A stretch of 64,000 nucleotides of DNA from an uncultured Gammaproteobacteria bacterium (GCA_964371245.1 CAYJKP010000001.1:53128-117127), one strand, 5' to 3'; numbered from the stretch's first letter, positions 1-12,074 are shown. Notes: generated from the sequence alone by a model not told the origin. Numbers and translations are program-made.

Positions 1-57
1 AGCCGACCTTGTTGGTATCAGGGTCGTTCTCTGGCGGATCGTGGTGTTGGCAGCGAA

Positions 58-261
58 TCAGATGCTGTTCGTATCGTTCGGCGCGGATGTCGCGGCCGCA
101 ATGATCACGGGGGATGCAACACGTCGGCCACTGACACGTGCCAAGGTCCGGGTGTTGGCAGACATCTGAATCGCTGGTGCCCAAATCCAACCTCCGTGTT
201 TCTGGATAGGATCCATGTACGTGAACGGGAAAAACGCATGTAACGAGCAGTATATAAACAA
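58..261 (-). CDS. small hypothetical protein (GC-rich patch at window edge)
   Basis: ORF on the minus strand. Its third-codon positions are visibly more G/C-biased than the overlapping plus-strand frame, as in the neighbouring GC-rich gene. No recognisable motif. Confidence 0.2.
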   Translation of the reverse strand: MFIYCSLHAFFPFTYMDPIQKHGGWIWAPAIQMSANTRTLARVSGRRVASPVIIAAATSAPNDTNSI

Positions 262-354
262 TCAGATGCCACAGGCAAATGTGATGAAATATGAGGAAAA
301 TAGAGGTAAAATATATATTTTGGCTAATATTAAGAAAGTACCAGCTTTTAGGTC

Positions 355-383
355 TTGACAATAGCGACAAAATGCGCTATTAT
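355..383 (+). promoter_or_regulatory. sigma70-like promoter TTGACA-N17-TATTAT
   Basis: TTGACA at 355-360, a 17-nt spacer, and TATTAT at 378-383, within an AT-rich spacer upstream of the GC-rich gene at 648. Confidence 0.5.
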
Positions 384-647
384 GCCTAGTTATTAGATGG
401 AGAGGGGTCTTTTCATGGAGTAATTAGAGCGCTGGGTTGTACTGGATAACGGGTATCCAATGTATCCCAGCGCTTTGATTCATCTAGAATCAAGGAGCAA
501 TCAACCGCGCGATGTCTTCATTGCGCATGCACCTTCCACTATAAAAACCCAGTTATTTCACCGCTTCACGAGAAGCATCTACCATACAGGAATGTCACGG
601 CTTTCGAGCCACGGTCCAACCACGGATACGAAACAGGGGGTGTTCAG

Positions 648-1238
648 ATGCCACAGATTTCGTCAAAGGGAATCGTCCAGGGTAACTTTCCGCTGGAAGA
701 GGTGTGGGTGAGGTTCTACACGCGCGCTCCGGAGGGGACGGCCATTCGCGACGGTCAGTACGACGATGCAGTCGCGGCGGCCAGGCACAGGGCTAAGGCC
801 ACCGCTTTGGGAGTCGACTCCGAACGGATGGGGCGCGGCAAGGACGACTCGGGCAGCCAGCTCAAGGATGTCCGGATGACCTCGATCGAGCTGCTCATCG
901 CCGATCTGCGGGGCCTCGGGTACCGCCTGATCGACGCGTTCCAGAAGACGACCCCTCGCGCGGGCGGCGGTCCGGACATGGGCGTGGTCACGTTCGTCTT
1001 CAGCAATGAGGGCGACGAGATCACTCTGTCGCCGGTGGACGCGATCTGGTTCGCGCGTCGGATCACTCTGACGCACGAGAAGGTCACGATCTGGGCCAAC
1101 GCTCAGACTCGGCCTGGCTCGGAGGAGTTTACCTGGCGGCGCGACACCATCAACGCTCGCGGCGCCAGGCCCGATCAGCCGCCCCGCCTCAAGTCGCGGA
1201 TGCTGGCCGTCGGCGAGTACTCGCACGACGAGCAGTAG
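648..1238 (+). CDS. hypothetical protein in a compositionally atypical GC-rich patch
   Basis: 196-aa ORF with strongly G/C-biased third-codon positions. Bounded upstream by an AT-rich promoter region and downstream by hairpin terminators. No recognisable family motif. Confidence 0.6.
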   Translation: MPQISSKGIVQGNFPLEEVWVRFYTRAPEGTAIRDGQYDDAVAAARHRAKATALGVDSERMGRGKDDSGSQLKDVRMTSIELLIADLRGLGYRLIDAFQKTTPRAGGGPDMGVVTFVFSNEGDEITLSPVDAIWFARRITLTHEKVTIWANAQTRPGSEEFTWRRDTINARGARPDQPPRLKSRMLAVGEYSHDEQ

Positions 1239-1309
1239 CCGCGCTACGACTTCAACCCAACTGGGTTTCGCACATCGTAGACCTCGCTAGGTTCTACGCA
1301 ACGCTTCAT

Positions 1310-1352
1310 GGCCGGCCTTCCTTCGGGAATGTGCCGGCCTTCAACTTTTTTA
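1310..1352 (+). terminator. rho-independent terminator (GGCCGGCC...GCCGGCC stem followed by TTTTTT)
   Basis: GC-rich inverted repeat followed by a T-run immediately after the stop codon of the 648..1238 gene. Confidence 0.5.
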
Positions 1353-1362
1353 TAATAATAAC

Positions 1363-1388
1363 GTAGGCGAGCGTTAACGCTCGCCTAC
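1363..1388 (-). terminator. perfect hairpin GTAGGCGAGCG-TTAA-CGCTCGCCTAC between convergent genes
   Basis: 11-bp perfect inverted repeat directly downstream (minus-strand sense) of the truD stop. The U-tract is weak. Confidence 0.4.
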
Positions 1389-1396
1389 GGATGGTA

Positions 1397-2830
1397 TTAT
1401 TCCTCGACCGTGTTTGTTTCGGCCGCTACGCCGCTCAGGTCCAGCCGTGAGAGCATGTATTTGCCGAGCACGTCTTTAACCGGTTTGATCGAGCCGAGGC
1501 CGACGAGTGCCAAAGTATCTTGTTCATCCGTTTTCACCCAGCTCGGCACAGTCTGGCCGGAAACAAGGTCGAAGAAATGCATCAGGAAGGTGGTGGCATA
1601 AACGCCTTTCGGAAGGGTGAAGCTTAGTATCACGCCCTCAGGCGTTATCCGCGAGGCGTGAATATTTGGTTTAATGATTGTAGCCACGTTCCGTTTGGCC
1701 GGTCGGATAAACGGGAAAGGTTTAATATGTTGAAGAAAGTTTTCGGTTTGATCCGCTTGCAAATACGAGGCATACGGTTGGTGGTCGGCCGGGTCAGCGC
1801 TTAACAGCAGGGGCAATGTTTCGGGCAGCGGTTCACCATTTATTGTGGCGTCGGATAGTTTCTTGTTGAAGAGATAGCTGACGTAGGCATAGACCCAGAG
1901 CCGCACATGCTCGGAAATGCACGCCAGCGCGCCGATCGGATCGTCCGGGCGCTGTTTTAGATATTCCAGGACTTTAAGCTCGTTTCGGAACGAATACGGG
2001 AAACGTTGGAATTCGGCCAGCATGGCCCGGCCATTCTCGAACAGTGTCTGGACTTTTTTGCGCACCGCCTGGAAATACGGCGGCTCGGACTCGTTCGTGC
2101 CGGCTAGGTACATCCGCAGCGCTTCAACATATTTCCCTTGCATGACCAGCCGGCCGAATTGATGGACGGAAAAGCGGCTGCCGAATCGCTGGACGCCATA
2201 GTAGTTTAAAAACCCCTTGGTGCGATATTCCTCTAGTCGCTGGTCTAACCATTTTTGCTCGACCGGTTTTTCGGTCCGGACAAAGATGGTGAAACGGTTG
2301 CCGAAGAGTTCACCGACATTAACCACGCCCTTGCCATAGGAAAAGTTCTTCAGGTACAGCCCCGGTATTGAATGGCTGGTCAGTTCTTCGTATTTCACGT
2401 TTCGAAGGCTGATCCGCTGGCTGGTGACGGCAACGGCGTCTTTGATGCCAGCGTGCCCGACCCGTTTTGGCTCCAGCTGCAACGTTTCACACAACCGTTG
2501 GATGGCCTCAAGCGTGAACACGCCGACTTTGATCAAATCAAAAAAAAGCGTTCGTTGATCGGTGGCGTCGGAAGGCGGCGCGGGCGCTTCGGGGATAACC
2601 GTTCTCACCGTCCCGTCGAGCGCCACTTCCTCGACGATAAAATCTTGAAGATAGAGACGATAATAGCCGCGCACGCGATCGGCCGGCAAGGCGGTGATGC
2701 CAATGTGTTCGAGGATGCGCCGGGGATTGAGCTTTTCGTCATATTGAAACCACTCCGGTTTTTCGCGGCGGAGCTGGTCAATGTATTGGCGCTCTTGTTC
2801 CCAGAGTTCGTGGGAAGAGGTATGCGTCAT
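1397..2830 (-). CDS. truD: tRNA pseudouridine(13) synthase TruD family
   Basis: 477 aa. Contains the GIKD-like region and the NYYGVQRFG motif characteristic of TruD/Pus7 pseudouridine synthases. Confidence 0.8.
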   Translation of the reverse strand: MTHTSSHELWEQERQYIDQLRREKPEWFQYDEKLNPRRILEHIGITALPADRVRGYYRLYLQDFIVEEVALDGTVRTVIPEAPAPPSDATDQRTLFFDLIKVGVFTLEAIQRLCETLQLEPKRVGHAGIKDAVAVTSQRISLRNVKYEELTSHSIPGLYLKNFSYGKGVVNVGELFGNRFTIFVRTEKPVEQKWLDQRLEEYRTKGFLNYYGVQRFGSRFSVHQFGRLVMQGKYVEALRMYLAGTNESEPPYFQAVRKKVQTLFENGRAMLAEFQRFPYSFRNELKVLEYLKQRPDDPIGALACISEHVRLWVYAYVSYLFNKKLSDATINGEPLPETLPLLLSADPADHQPYASYLQADQTENFLQHIKPFPFIRPAKRNVATIIKPNIHASRITPEGVILSFTLPKGVYATTFLMHFFDLVSGQTVPSWVKTDEQDTLALVGLGSIKPVKDVLGKYMLSRLDLSGVAAETNTVEE

Positions 2831-2953
2831 ATCAGCTTGAGCGTATAAAGGGCGGGCGGTTTTGTCAAACGTGGCGTTTTGACATGGGTAACAAACGGTG
2901 GTATGACGGCAGTAGTACGGATCGAAGAGCGTCGGCTCGTCGAAGGAGGTGAG

Positions 2954-3133
2954 ATGCGTATGCCCCAGTCATTGATCCAGTTATGGGATGCGACCTGGCA
3001 AATGGTCTGTCACGGGCTGTATGCCGGTTTGATGCTCGGTCTGTTCGTCGCGGCGGTGGCTCTGACAAGCCTCTTGCCGAGCCCACGTCGGTCGGCGAGT
3101 AACGAGGCCTGGCAATGGGATCCGCCGCATTAG
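2954..3133 (+). CDS. small hypothetical membrane protein
   Basis: Short ORF with one hydrophobic helix (LYAGLMLGLFVAAVALTSLL), lying between truD and the uvrA promoter. The start codon is uncertain. Confidence 0.25.
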   Translation: MRMPQSLIQLWDATWQMVCHGLYAGLMLGLFVAAVALTSLLPSPRRSASNEAWQWDPPH

Positions 3134-3220
3134 CGGTGACGGAGAATCATGAAACAAGCGCTCATTCGTGGGTCTTCAAAAGACCCTTTTTGTATACCTG
3201 GACAATCAGGACTTAGGGAC

Positions 3221-3249
3221 TTGTCAGACTTGACAGGCGGGTGTATACT
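3221..3249 (+). promoter_or_regulatory. sigma70-like promoter TTGTCA-N17-TATACT upstream of uvrA
   Basis: TTGTCA at 3221-3226, a 17-nt spacer, and TATACT at 3244-3249. The ATG of the MADKITIKG start lies at 3277. Confidence 0.45.
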
Positions 3250-3276
3250 GTCTCTCAGTTATTTTTCAGAAAGAAT

Positions 3277-6177
3277 ATGGCCGATAAAATCACAATCAAG
3301 GGCGCCCGCGTCCATAATTTAAAGAATATCAGCCTGGAAATACCCCGAGACAAACTGGTGGTTATCACCGGCATCTCCGGCTCGGGAAAATCGTCGTTGG
3401 CTTTTGATACGATTTACGCCGAGGGGCAACGTCGCTACGTCGAATCACTTTCGGCGTATGCCCGCCAGTTTTTAGGTTTGATGGACAAGCCGGACGTGGA
3501 TCAAATTGACGGTTTGTCGCCAGCCATTTCGATTGATCAAAAATCAACCTCGCATAACCCGCGTTCGACCGTTGGTACGGTAACTGAGGTGTATGATTAT
3601 CTCCGGCTGCTCTTTGCCCGGATCGGAATCCCGCATTGTCCGAAGTGCGGCCGCGAAGTCTCGCGTCAGACCGTCGATCAGATTGTTGAACGGCTTTTGG
3701 ATTTGCCAAACGGAACGAAAATCCACCTTCTCGCCTCGTTGATCAGGGATCAGAAGGGCGAGCATAAAAACGTGCTCGAAAAAATCCGCCGCGCCGGCTA
3801 CGTCCGCATCCGTTTCGATAGCCTCATCTACACGCTCGAGGAAGCGGCTGAGCTGGTGGTTGATAAAAACAAGAAACATACGCTCGAAGTATTAGTTGAT
3901 CGCTTGGAGATATCGGATGACATGCGAAAGAAAGCGGCGCGCAAGGAAGCGCAAACAGCTGATCGAACACGCCTGGTTGAGTCAGTCGAAACGGCGCTTG
4001 ATCTCGGTAGCGGAGTGATCTATATCCAGGTTGAGGGCAAAGACGAAGACCTGATCTTCAGCCAGCACTTTGCCTGCACCAAGTGCGATATCAGTTTGCC
4101 GGAAATCGAGCCGCGCAGCTTCTCATTCAATAATCCCCACGGCGCCTGTCCTGATTGCACCGGTCTTGGCACCAAGCTCGAAATTGACGCCAATTTAATC
4201 ATTCCCAATAAAAAGCTGACCCTGGCTGAAGGTGCGGTCCGACCGTGGTCGCGGACCTCGGCCAACCAAACCTGGTATTTTCGGGTGCTTGAAGCGGTGG
4301 CGAAAGCGCACGATTTTTCTGTCAATGTGCCGATCGAAAAATTGACGAAGGAACAGCTGAAAATCGTGCTCTATGGTACCGGCGGCCAGACCTACGACGT
4401 GAACAACGAATTCGCGGGTGGAAAAGTGCGCGAACTCTGGACGACCTTCGAAGGCGTTATCCCGAACCTGGAGCGGCGGTATAAGGAAACCGATTCTGAT
4501 TACATCCGTTCGGAAATCGAGCGGTATATGCGCATCTATCCCTGCCCGACTTGCCAGGGGAAACGCTTGAAACCGACTGCTCTGGCGGTAACCGTCGGCG
4601 GGAAGTCAATTGACAAGGTTGTCGCGTTGACGATCGACCAAACAATGGAATATTTTGACGGTCTGACGGTGAAGAAAGGCAATCCGGCGGTACTCTCCGA
4701 ACGCCATCAATTCATCGCCCGGCAGATTATTAAGGAAATCAAAAGCCGCTTGCTTTTCCTCCACAATGTTGGTCTTGATTACCTGACCATTGATCGGGCG
4801 GCGGCCACTCTTGCCGGCGGCGAAGCCCAGCGGATTCGGCTGGCCACCCAAATCGGCTCGAGCCTGACAGGTGTGATCTATATCCTTGACGAACCGTCGA
4901 TCGGCTTGCATCAGCGCGACAACGATAAATTAATTGATACGCTCAAGCGCCTGCGTGACCTGGGAAATACCGTGATTGTCGTCGAGCACGACGAGAATAC
5001 GATCCGGACGGCTGATCATGTCGTTGACGTCGGTCCCGGCGCCGGCGAACACGGTGGCGAGATCGTCGCGCAAGGGACGCCCGCTCAGATCATGAAGCAT
5101 CCAAAGTCATTGACCGGCAAATATCTCTCGGGCACGCTTTCAATCGACCCACCGAAGAAATATCGGTCGGGGAACGGCAAAACGTTAAAAGTAATCGGCG
5201 CCGAGGAATTTAATCTGAAAAAAGTCGATTTAACGATCCCGCTCGGAAAATTTGTTTGTGTCACCGGCGTCTCCGGTTCGGGCAAGTCGACCCTAGTGAC
5301 AGAAATCCTGGCGCGGGCGCTTTCGCAGTATTTCTATCGCTCAAAGGAACTGCCGGGCAAGCACAAGGAAATTCAAGGCCTCGAACATCTTGATAAGGTG
5401 ATCAATATCGACCAGTCGCCGATCGGCCGGACGCCGCGCTCGAACGCCGCCACCTACACTGGCGTCTTCACCTATATCCGCGACCTTTTTACCCAGATTC
5501 CTGAGGCAAAAATCCGCGGCTACAAGGCCGGCCGATTTAGTTTCAATGTGAAAGGCGGACGGTGCGAGAATTGCCAAGGCGAAGGCTACACCCGGATCGA
5601 AATGCAGTTTTTGCCGGACGTGTATGTTGAATGCGAAGAATGCCACGGACAGCGCTATAACCAGGCGGCGCTTGAAATTCATTATAAAGGCAAGAACATC
5701 GCCGATATTCTTGACTTGACGGTTGAGGAAGGCTATAAATTTTTCGAAAACATTCCGGCCATCCGCCAAAAACTTCAAACCCTGATTGATGTCGGTTTGG
5801 GTTACATCCATCTCGGTCAATCAGCCACGACCTTGTCCGGCGGCGAAGCTCAGCGGATCAAATTGGCGACCGAGCTTTCCCGGCGGGCCACGGGTCGAAC
5901 GCTCTATATTCTGGACGAGCCGACGACCGGTTTGCACTTCGAAGACGTCAAGCGTCTGCTCCACGTTTTGAACAAGCTGGTTGACAAAGGCAATACCGTC
6001 CTTATTATTGAGCACAATTTGGACGTCATCAAATCCGTTGACTGGATTGTTGACCTCGGTCCTGAGGGCGGAGACAAAGGGGGAGAAATTATCGCCGAAG
6101 GTACACCGCATGAAGTGGCTAAGGAAAAAAAGTCATACACCGGGCAATATCTGAAAAAAGTGTTCGAGATAAAGTAA
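3277..6177 (+). CDS. uvrA: excinuclease ABC subunit A (UvrA)
   Basis: Two ABC ATPase modules with GISGSGKSS and GVSGSGKST Walker A motifs, LSGGEAQR signatures and zinc-finger Cys clusters. Start chosen at [15 protein letters not shown]; the ORF track begins at an upstream GTG. Confidence 0.95.
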   Translation: MADKITIKGARVHNLKNISLEIPRDKLVVITGISGSGKSSLAFDTIYAEGQRRYVESLSAYARQFLGLMDKPDVDQIDGLSPAISIDQKSTSHNPRSTVGTVTEVYDYLRLLFARIGIPHCPKCGREVSRQTVDQIVERLLDLPNGTKIHLLASLIRDQKGEHKNVLEKIRRAGYVRIRFDSLIYTLEEAAELVVDKNKKHTLEVLVDRLEISDDMRKKAARKEAQTADRTRLVESVETALDLGSGVIYIQVEGKDEDLIFSQHFACTKCDISLPEIEPRSFSFNNPHGACPDCTGLGTKLEIDANLIIPNKKLTLAEGAVRPWSRTSANQTWYFRVLEAVAKAHDFSVNVPIEKLTKEQLKIVLYGTGGQTYDVNNEFAGGKVRELWTTFEGVIPNLERRYKETDSDYIRSEIERYMRIYPCPTCQGKRLKPTALAVTVGGKSIDKVVALTIDQTMEYFDGLTVKKGNPAVLSERHQFIARQIIKEIKSRLLFLHNVGLDYLTIDRAAATLAGGEAQRIRLATQIGSSLTGVIYILDEPSIGLHQRDNDKLIDTLKRLRDLGNTVIVVEHDENTIRTADHVVDVGPGAGEHGGEIVAQGTPAQIMKHPKSLTGKYLSGTLSIDPPKKYRSGNGKTLKVIGAEEFNLKKVDLTIPLGKFVCVTGVSGSGKSTLVTEILARALSQYFYRSKELPGKHKEIQGLEHLDKVINIDQSPIGRTPRSNAATYTGVFTYIRDLFTQIPEAKIRGYKAGRFSFNVKGGRCENCQGEGYTRIEMQFLPDVYVECEECHGQRYNQAALEIHYKGKNIADILDLTVEEGYKFFENIPAIRQKLQTLIDVGLGYIHLGQSATTLSGGEAQRIKLATELSRRATGRTLYILDEPTTGLHFEDVKRLLHVLNKLVDKGNTVLIIEHNLDVIKSVDWIVDLGPEGGDKGGEIIAEGTPHEVAKEKKSYTGQYLKKVFEIK

Positions 6178-6249
6178 CGAACGGAAAAGGCGGCGCGAGC
6201 CGTTTTTTGCGTATGTGAAAAGACTTCCGCGTTTCCGCAGAAGTCGGCG

Positions 6250-6693
6250 TTACAGGTACGAGACGGTGGCGACAATGACGCCGAGCAGCAGACCCGCAAT
6301 GACCTGCGGGTAGGTGTGCCCGAGCAGTGTTTTCATGGTTTGTGGGCGGTAATCGGCACGGAGCAGGTGTTGGAGATCCAGCACAAGCTGATTGAGGAGC
6401 TCGGCTTGTTGGCCAGCCGCTCGGCGAAGGTTTGCCGCGTCGTACATGACGATGTAACTGAAGACAACGGTCATGGCGAAAAACGTGCTGCCCCAGCCCA
6501 GGTCATGGCCGACACAGATGGTCAGCGCCGAAACGGCGGTCGTGTGTGCGGAGGGCATGCCGCCGGTATCGAGTAGCTTTGTCAGGTCCCAGCGGTGTTC
6601 GGTGGAAAGGCAGAGGACGACCTTCAGGCATTGCGCGGCCAGGCTGGCGATTGCGACTGTCAAAAGAACGTGGTTGTGAAATAGTTCACCCAT
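6250..6693 (-). CDS. DUF212 / acid phosphatase-vanadium haloperoxidase-related membrane protein
   Basis: GGMPSAHT motif (GGMPSSHS-like, typical of the DUF212/PAP2-related family) plus several hydrophobic helices. Confidence 0.55.
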   Translation of the reverse strand: MGELFHNHVLLTVAIASLAAQCLKVVLCLSTEHRWDLTKLLDTGGMPSAHTTAVSALTICVGHDLGWGSTFFAMTVVFSYIVMYDAANLRRAAGQQAELLNQLVLDLQHLLRADYRPQTMKTLLGHTYPQVIAGLLLGVIVATVSYL

Positions 6694-6887
6694 TGCAGCT
6701 CCTTTTCGGTAGCGTCTTACGAACGCTGGAATTCCATCAGTCTCTATCTATATTCTGGCATCATGCGCCGGTTCAAGAGCGCGGGAAGACTATGACGTTG
6801 GGCAGTGGCACAATACTCTATTGCGGCGAGTATTTCAAGGGGTGGCTGAAGATTGCTTTTCTGAAATAAAACCGCCATAATGGAGGC

Positions 6888-7832
6888 ATGACACCGCCCG
6901 GCGAATTAGCGAAATCAATCTTGTCTGAACTGGCGTATTTTGATATTTTTGAGCATCCGTTAACGCCGATCGAACTCTGGCGGTATGCCAGCCCACGGAC
7001 GGCTACTCTCGCCGAGGTTATCACCGAACTTGCGCAAAGCGATTGGTTACGCGAACGAATTGATCAGAAATGGGGTATGTATTTCCTGCGCGGCCGCGAT
7101 CATGTCGTCGAGCTCCGCATGGTTCGGTACCGCGAGTCTGAAGCAAAGTATTTGAAAGCGCTGCGTTTTGCCAATCGCCTGGCGACCTTTCCGTTCATTC
7201 GGATGATTGCCGTCTGCAACTCGTTGGCGTACAGCAATTCTCGCTCCGACGGGGACATTGATCTGTTTTTTATCGCTGCGCCCGGTCGGATCTGGACCAC
7301 CCGGTGGCACGTGACCGGCTATCTGAAAGTGTTGGGCGAACGACCGACACGCCAGGTGACGCGGGACAAGATTTGCGCCAGTTTCTTTATCGCGCCGGAA
7401 GCGTTTGATCTTCGAACCATGAAAATATCCCGGTCCGATATCTATCTGGCACATTGGGTCAAGCAACTTGTGCCGATTTACGATTCAGCTGATTGGTACG
7501 AAAAATTCATGGCGGCAAACGTCTGGGTGGAGGAGTATTTTCCGCACGGCTATCCAATCCAGCCAGCCCTGACGCGCCGCATCGCTTCGTCTCGCGCACG
7601 TGTGGCGATGCAAAAAACATTTGAAACCGTCTATCGAGGCGTGGTCGGTGATGCGTTTGAGAAAATGTATGAGCGGATCCAGCGCCGCCTGTTGCCGAAC
7701 GATCTTCGCCGCTTGGCCGGTCAAGACACGCGCGTGGTGATGACGCCGACGATGCTGAAATTTCACGAAAACGACCGGCGCGCCAGGTACCAAGAACGCT
7801 GGCTTGAGAAATGCAAGGAGTTGGGCGTATGA
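6888..7832 (+). CDS. hypothetical protein with minimal nucleotidyltransferase-fold motif
   Basis: SNSRSDGDIDLFFI fits the hG[GS]...D.D NTase signature. Overlaps the downstream ligase-like gene by 22 nt. Confidence 0.45.
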   Translation: MTPPGELAKSILSELAYFDIFEHPLTPIELWRYASPRTATLAEVITELAQSDWLRERIDQKWGMYFLRGRDHVVELRMVRYRESEAKYLKALRFANRLATFPFIRMIAVCNSLAYSNSRSDGDIDLFFIAAPGRIWTTRWHVTGYLKVLGERPTRQVTRDKICASFFIAPEAFDLRTMKISRSDIYLAHWVKQLVPIYDSADWYEKFMAANVWVEEYFPHGYPIQPALTRRIASSRARVAMQKTFETVYRGVVGDAFEKMYERIQRRLLPNDLRRLAGQDTRVVMTPTMLKFHENDRRARYQERWLEKCKELGV

Positions 7833-9223
7833 AAAAACTTTGGCACCATCTGCCGGCCGTTGGGCTCTACCTCTACGTCTTTCTTTTGCCGTGGCAGACG
7901 CGGCTGATTGTCCGGCAAGGATATCTAAATGGTGGAAATTGGGAATATGGTTCAGCCAGTTTATACGGCACCGAAATTCTCCTGCTGGCGGTGGTCATCG
8001 TCGAGTTGTTTCACCGGCGGAAAAAAGCATCGGCCAAGCGGCTTGGGTATGATATTGCGCTGATTGCTTTCTTGGTGATCGCCGGACTGTCATTTCTCTT
8101 TTCGATAAAACAGGAACTGACCCTGGCAGCGTTGATCAAGCTGCTCGAAGGTATTTGTCTGATTTGGCTCGTTACCCGAATTCCGTTTTCCTGGCGCTGG
8201 CTGGCGCAGTCCTGGGTGGCCGGGGCGCTTGTGCAGGCTGGTTTCGGTATCTGGCAATTCTTTAGCCAGCAGACGATCGTCAATAAATGGCTTGGCTTGG
8301 CCGCTCATGATCCAGCTCAGCTCGGCACGTTTGTGATTGAAACCGGCGGTGAACGGTTTTTGCGGGCCTATGGCGCGCTTCCGCATCCGAATATGCTCGC
8401 CGCCTGGTTGGGGTTGGCGATATTTCTCATTTTTGGTCTGTATTTTGACCTCTATCGGCGGATCTACCACTGGTTTGCCGCACTCCACCCGTCTCAACAA
8501 AAGAAATTCTGGTCGGCGACCGGCAATCAAGCGATCAAATTCTCGCTCGAAATTATCTGGTATCTTGTTTGCCTGGGCGTGTTGACGATTGGCTTACTGC
8601 TGACGTTTTCACGCGGGGCGTGGCTCGCCTGCCTGATCGGTATTGGCGTGATGGCGATTATCACTGTCGTAAAGAATGACGCAAAAAAATTCTTAGCGCT
8701 AGTCAAACTCGTCATTGTCATCGGCGTCGTGGCCGCGGCGACCGTGGCCATTATGCCACAGCCGTTTTTCACGCGCTTCCAGCCCGAGAGCCGGCTTGAA
8801 AAGATTTCGATCGATACGCGGCTGACCTATCAAGACCAAGCCCTGACCCTGCTAAAAAAATATTGGATCGTCGGCACCGGCCTGGGGACGTACACCCAGG
8901 CGGTCCACGACAAAATAGACAACAGTCTCAAGACCTGGGATTACCAGCCGGTGCATAATATCTATTTATTGATCGCCGTCGAGACAAGCGTTATCGGATT
9001 GATTGTTTTCGGCTTTTTACTCTTTGAGGTCTTTCGTGAAACCGTGCGGCGGCTGAAAAAAAGCAAGGTCATTGATCGCTGGCTTGTTGTGATCATCGGA
9101 CAAATCGTGTTTGTGGTCGTGATGGGCTGGGTTGACCATTTTTGGTGGACACTGGCCTTTGGCGTCTGGGCCTGGTGGCTGATCTTCGGTTTGTGGCGGA
9201 GAGAAGTAGCCGTAAAGCAATAA
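7811..9223 (+). CDS. O-antigen ligase (Wzy_C)-like polytopic membrane protein
   Basis: Multi-TM protein with the LLTFSRGAWLACLIG motif typical of the O-antigen ligase / Wzy_C family. Confidence 0.55.
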   Translation: MQGVGRMKKLWHHLPAVGLYLYVFLLPWQTRLIVRQGYLNGGNWEYGSASLYGTEILLLAVVIVELFHRRKKASAKRLGYDIALIAFLVIAGLSFLFSIKQELTLAALIKLLEGICLIWLVTRIPFSWRWLAQSWVAGALVQAGFGIWQFFSQQTIVNKWLGLAAHDPAQLGTFVIETGGERFLRAYGALPHPNMLAAWLGLAIFLIFGLYFDLYRRIYHWFAALHPSQQKKFWSATGNQAIKFSLEIIWYLVCLGVLTIGLLLTFSRGAWLACLIGIGVMAIITVVKNDAKKFLALVKLVIVIGVVAAATVAIMPQPFFTRFQPESRLEKISIDTRLTYQDQALTLLKKYWIVGTGLGTYTQAVHDKIDNSLKTWDYQPVHNIYLLIAVETSVIGLIVFGFLLFEVFRETVRRLKKSKVIDRWLVVIIGQIVFVVVMGWVDHFWWTLAFGVWAWWLIFGLWRREVAVKQ

Positions 9224-9294
9224 TTTTACTGTTCAGCAAATATATCCATATTTAAAGGGCGAGGACGGTCAGCAGGAGAGCGCCTAAAACGAGC

Positions 9295-9327
9295 GGGGAA
9301 GCGGCCTTGACGTGTTCCTTTTTTTTG
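9295..9327 (+). terminator. weak hairpin plus T8 run after the ligase-like gene
   Basis: Short GGAA/TTCC stem followed by TTTTTTTT. The stem is weak. Confidence 0.3.
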
Positions 9328-9346
9328 CTAAAATAAAGAAACGGAA

Positions 9347-9373
9347 TTAGCACTCGAATTTATGGAGTGCTAA
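9347..9373. promoter_or_regulatory. CIRCE operator (HrcA binding site) TTAGCACTC-N9-GAGTGCTAA
   Basis: Exact match to the CIRCE consensus inverted repeat with a 9-nt spacer, 55 nt upstream of groES. Confidence 0.85.
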
Positions 9374-9427
9374 TATTCGAGAAAAATAGGCTAATTTAAG
9401 GTTAATTTATCCACAAAGGAGAAATGT

Positions 9428-9703
9428 ATGAAGCTGAAACCATTAGGCGATCGCGTGATCGTCAAACCTCTCAAAGACGAAGAGGTGACGAAATCCGGCA
9501 TCGTGTTGCCCGACACGGTTGAAAAAGAGAAGAAAGAACAGGGCGAAATCATAAGCATCGGCAACGGCGAGAAGATTGCCAAACTCGGTCTTACGGTCGG
9601 CGATAAGGTCCTCTTCGGAAAGTATTCCGGTGAAGACGTAAAGGTCGGCGAGGTTGAGTACAAGGTACTCAAAGAGGAAGACGTCTTAGCCGTCATGGAA
9701 TAA
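9428..9703 (+). CDS. groES: co-chaperonin GroES
   Basis: 91 aa with MKLKPLGDRVIVKP...GIVLPD...GDKVLF, the canonical Cpn10 sequence. Sits directly upstream of groEL. Confidence 0.92.
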   Translation: MKLKPLGDRVIVKPLKDEEVTKSGIVLPDTVEKEKKEQGEIISIGNGEKIAKLGLTVGDKVLFGKYSGEDVKVGEVEYKVLKEEDVLAVME

Positions 9704-9715
9704 TTCGAATATTAA

Positions 9716-11374
<1,659 letters not shown>

Positions 11375-11393
11375 AAAGCAACACGATATACGA

Positions 11394-11417
11394 AAAACGG
11401 GCAGCCAGCCCGTTTTT
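11394..11417 (+). terminator. rho-independent terminator after groEL
   Basis: AACGGGC-AGCCA-GCCCGTT hairpin followed by TTTTCG. Confidence 0.6.
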
Positions 11418-11473
11418 CGTTAGCCGAGATCCGTTGGAAGAGACATTGCTTGCCAATACGTGCCACGCCGTCC

Positions 11474-11502
11474 TTGCCTTTTTAATAAAAATAGTGTATA
11501 AT
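11474..11502 (+). promoter_or_regulatory. sigma70-like promoter TTGCCT-N17-TATAAT
   Basis: Near-consensus hexamers with a 17-nt spacer, 40 nt upstream of the 11543 gene. Confidence 0.5.
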
Positions 11503-11542
11503 ATACTAAGTTCAAAGACAAAGACTAACAAAAACAACAGAA

Positions 11543-12013
11543 ATGACACACCAACACCAATTTTTACAACCCGAATTAAAGCTATTACCCGCGCCGAAGC
11601 AATCAGAGGCTGAGGCGGTATTGGCCGGTAAGCCGCTGAGCGACTATTTGCGATTAATCATGAAGCCGGTGCTGGTGGCGCTCGCCTTGCTCATGGCCTC
11701 GGAGTTTACCGACGTCTTTCCGTATTTCAATCTCGTGATCATGGCCAGTTTGTTTGCCTATCTGGGACTGGCCGCTCGGAATCGGACCTTTCATACGGAG
11801 GCGAGCATTATTGCCGGTGGTTTCGCCGGCGGCGTGCTCGGTCTCGTCTACGCATTCTTCCGTTTCATGGTCCACTTGAAATTTCCCATGTTTTTTCAGA
11901 TGATTACCGAGCCGGTCACGCTGGCTGTTCTGGGGATGTTCTTAACCGGCCTGGTGGGCTGGCTAGCAACTGAAAGTGCGGTGAGTCTGCGTCAGGTGTT
12001 TATAAAAAAATAA
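11543..12013 (+). CDS. hypothetical polytopic membrane protein
   Basis: 156 aa with four predicted hydrophobic helices. No conserved motif recognised. Confidence 0.5.
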   Translation: MTHQHQFLQPELKLLPAPKQSEAEAVLAGKPLSDYLRLIMKPVLVALALLMASEFTDVFPYFNLVIMASLFAYLGLAARNRTFHTEASIIAGGFAGGVLGLVYAFFRFMVHLKFPMFFQMITEPVTLAVLGMFLTGLVGWLATESAVSLRQVFIKK

Positions 12014-12074
12014 TAACTATCATTTCTTCGGAGGAATACGCCTCAAGAAGAAAACTAAAAAAGGAGAACATTTT

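Noticed and set aside
460-711. 83-aa ORF in the leader region
   Set aside because: Overlaps the structured leader and the start of the 648 gene. Composition looks non-coding.
663-1226. 187-aa minus-strand ORF covering the GC-rich gene at 648..1238
   Set aside because: Antisense shadow ORF typical of GC-rich DNA. The plus-strand frame has the strong G/C third-position bias and an upstream promoter.
2865-3133. Overlapping 73-aa (minus) and 84-aa (plus) ORFs between truD and uvrA
   Set aside because: Only a shorter plus-strand version (2954..3133) with a TM helix is kept at low confidence. The minus-strand ORF is Arg/Ser-rich shadow.
3365-6111. Multiple 60-160-aa ORFs on the minus strand inside uvrA
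   Set aside because: Embedded antisense ORFs within a confidently identified, motif-rich gene.
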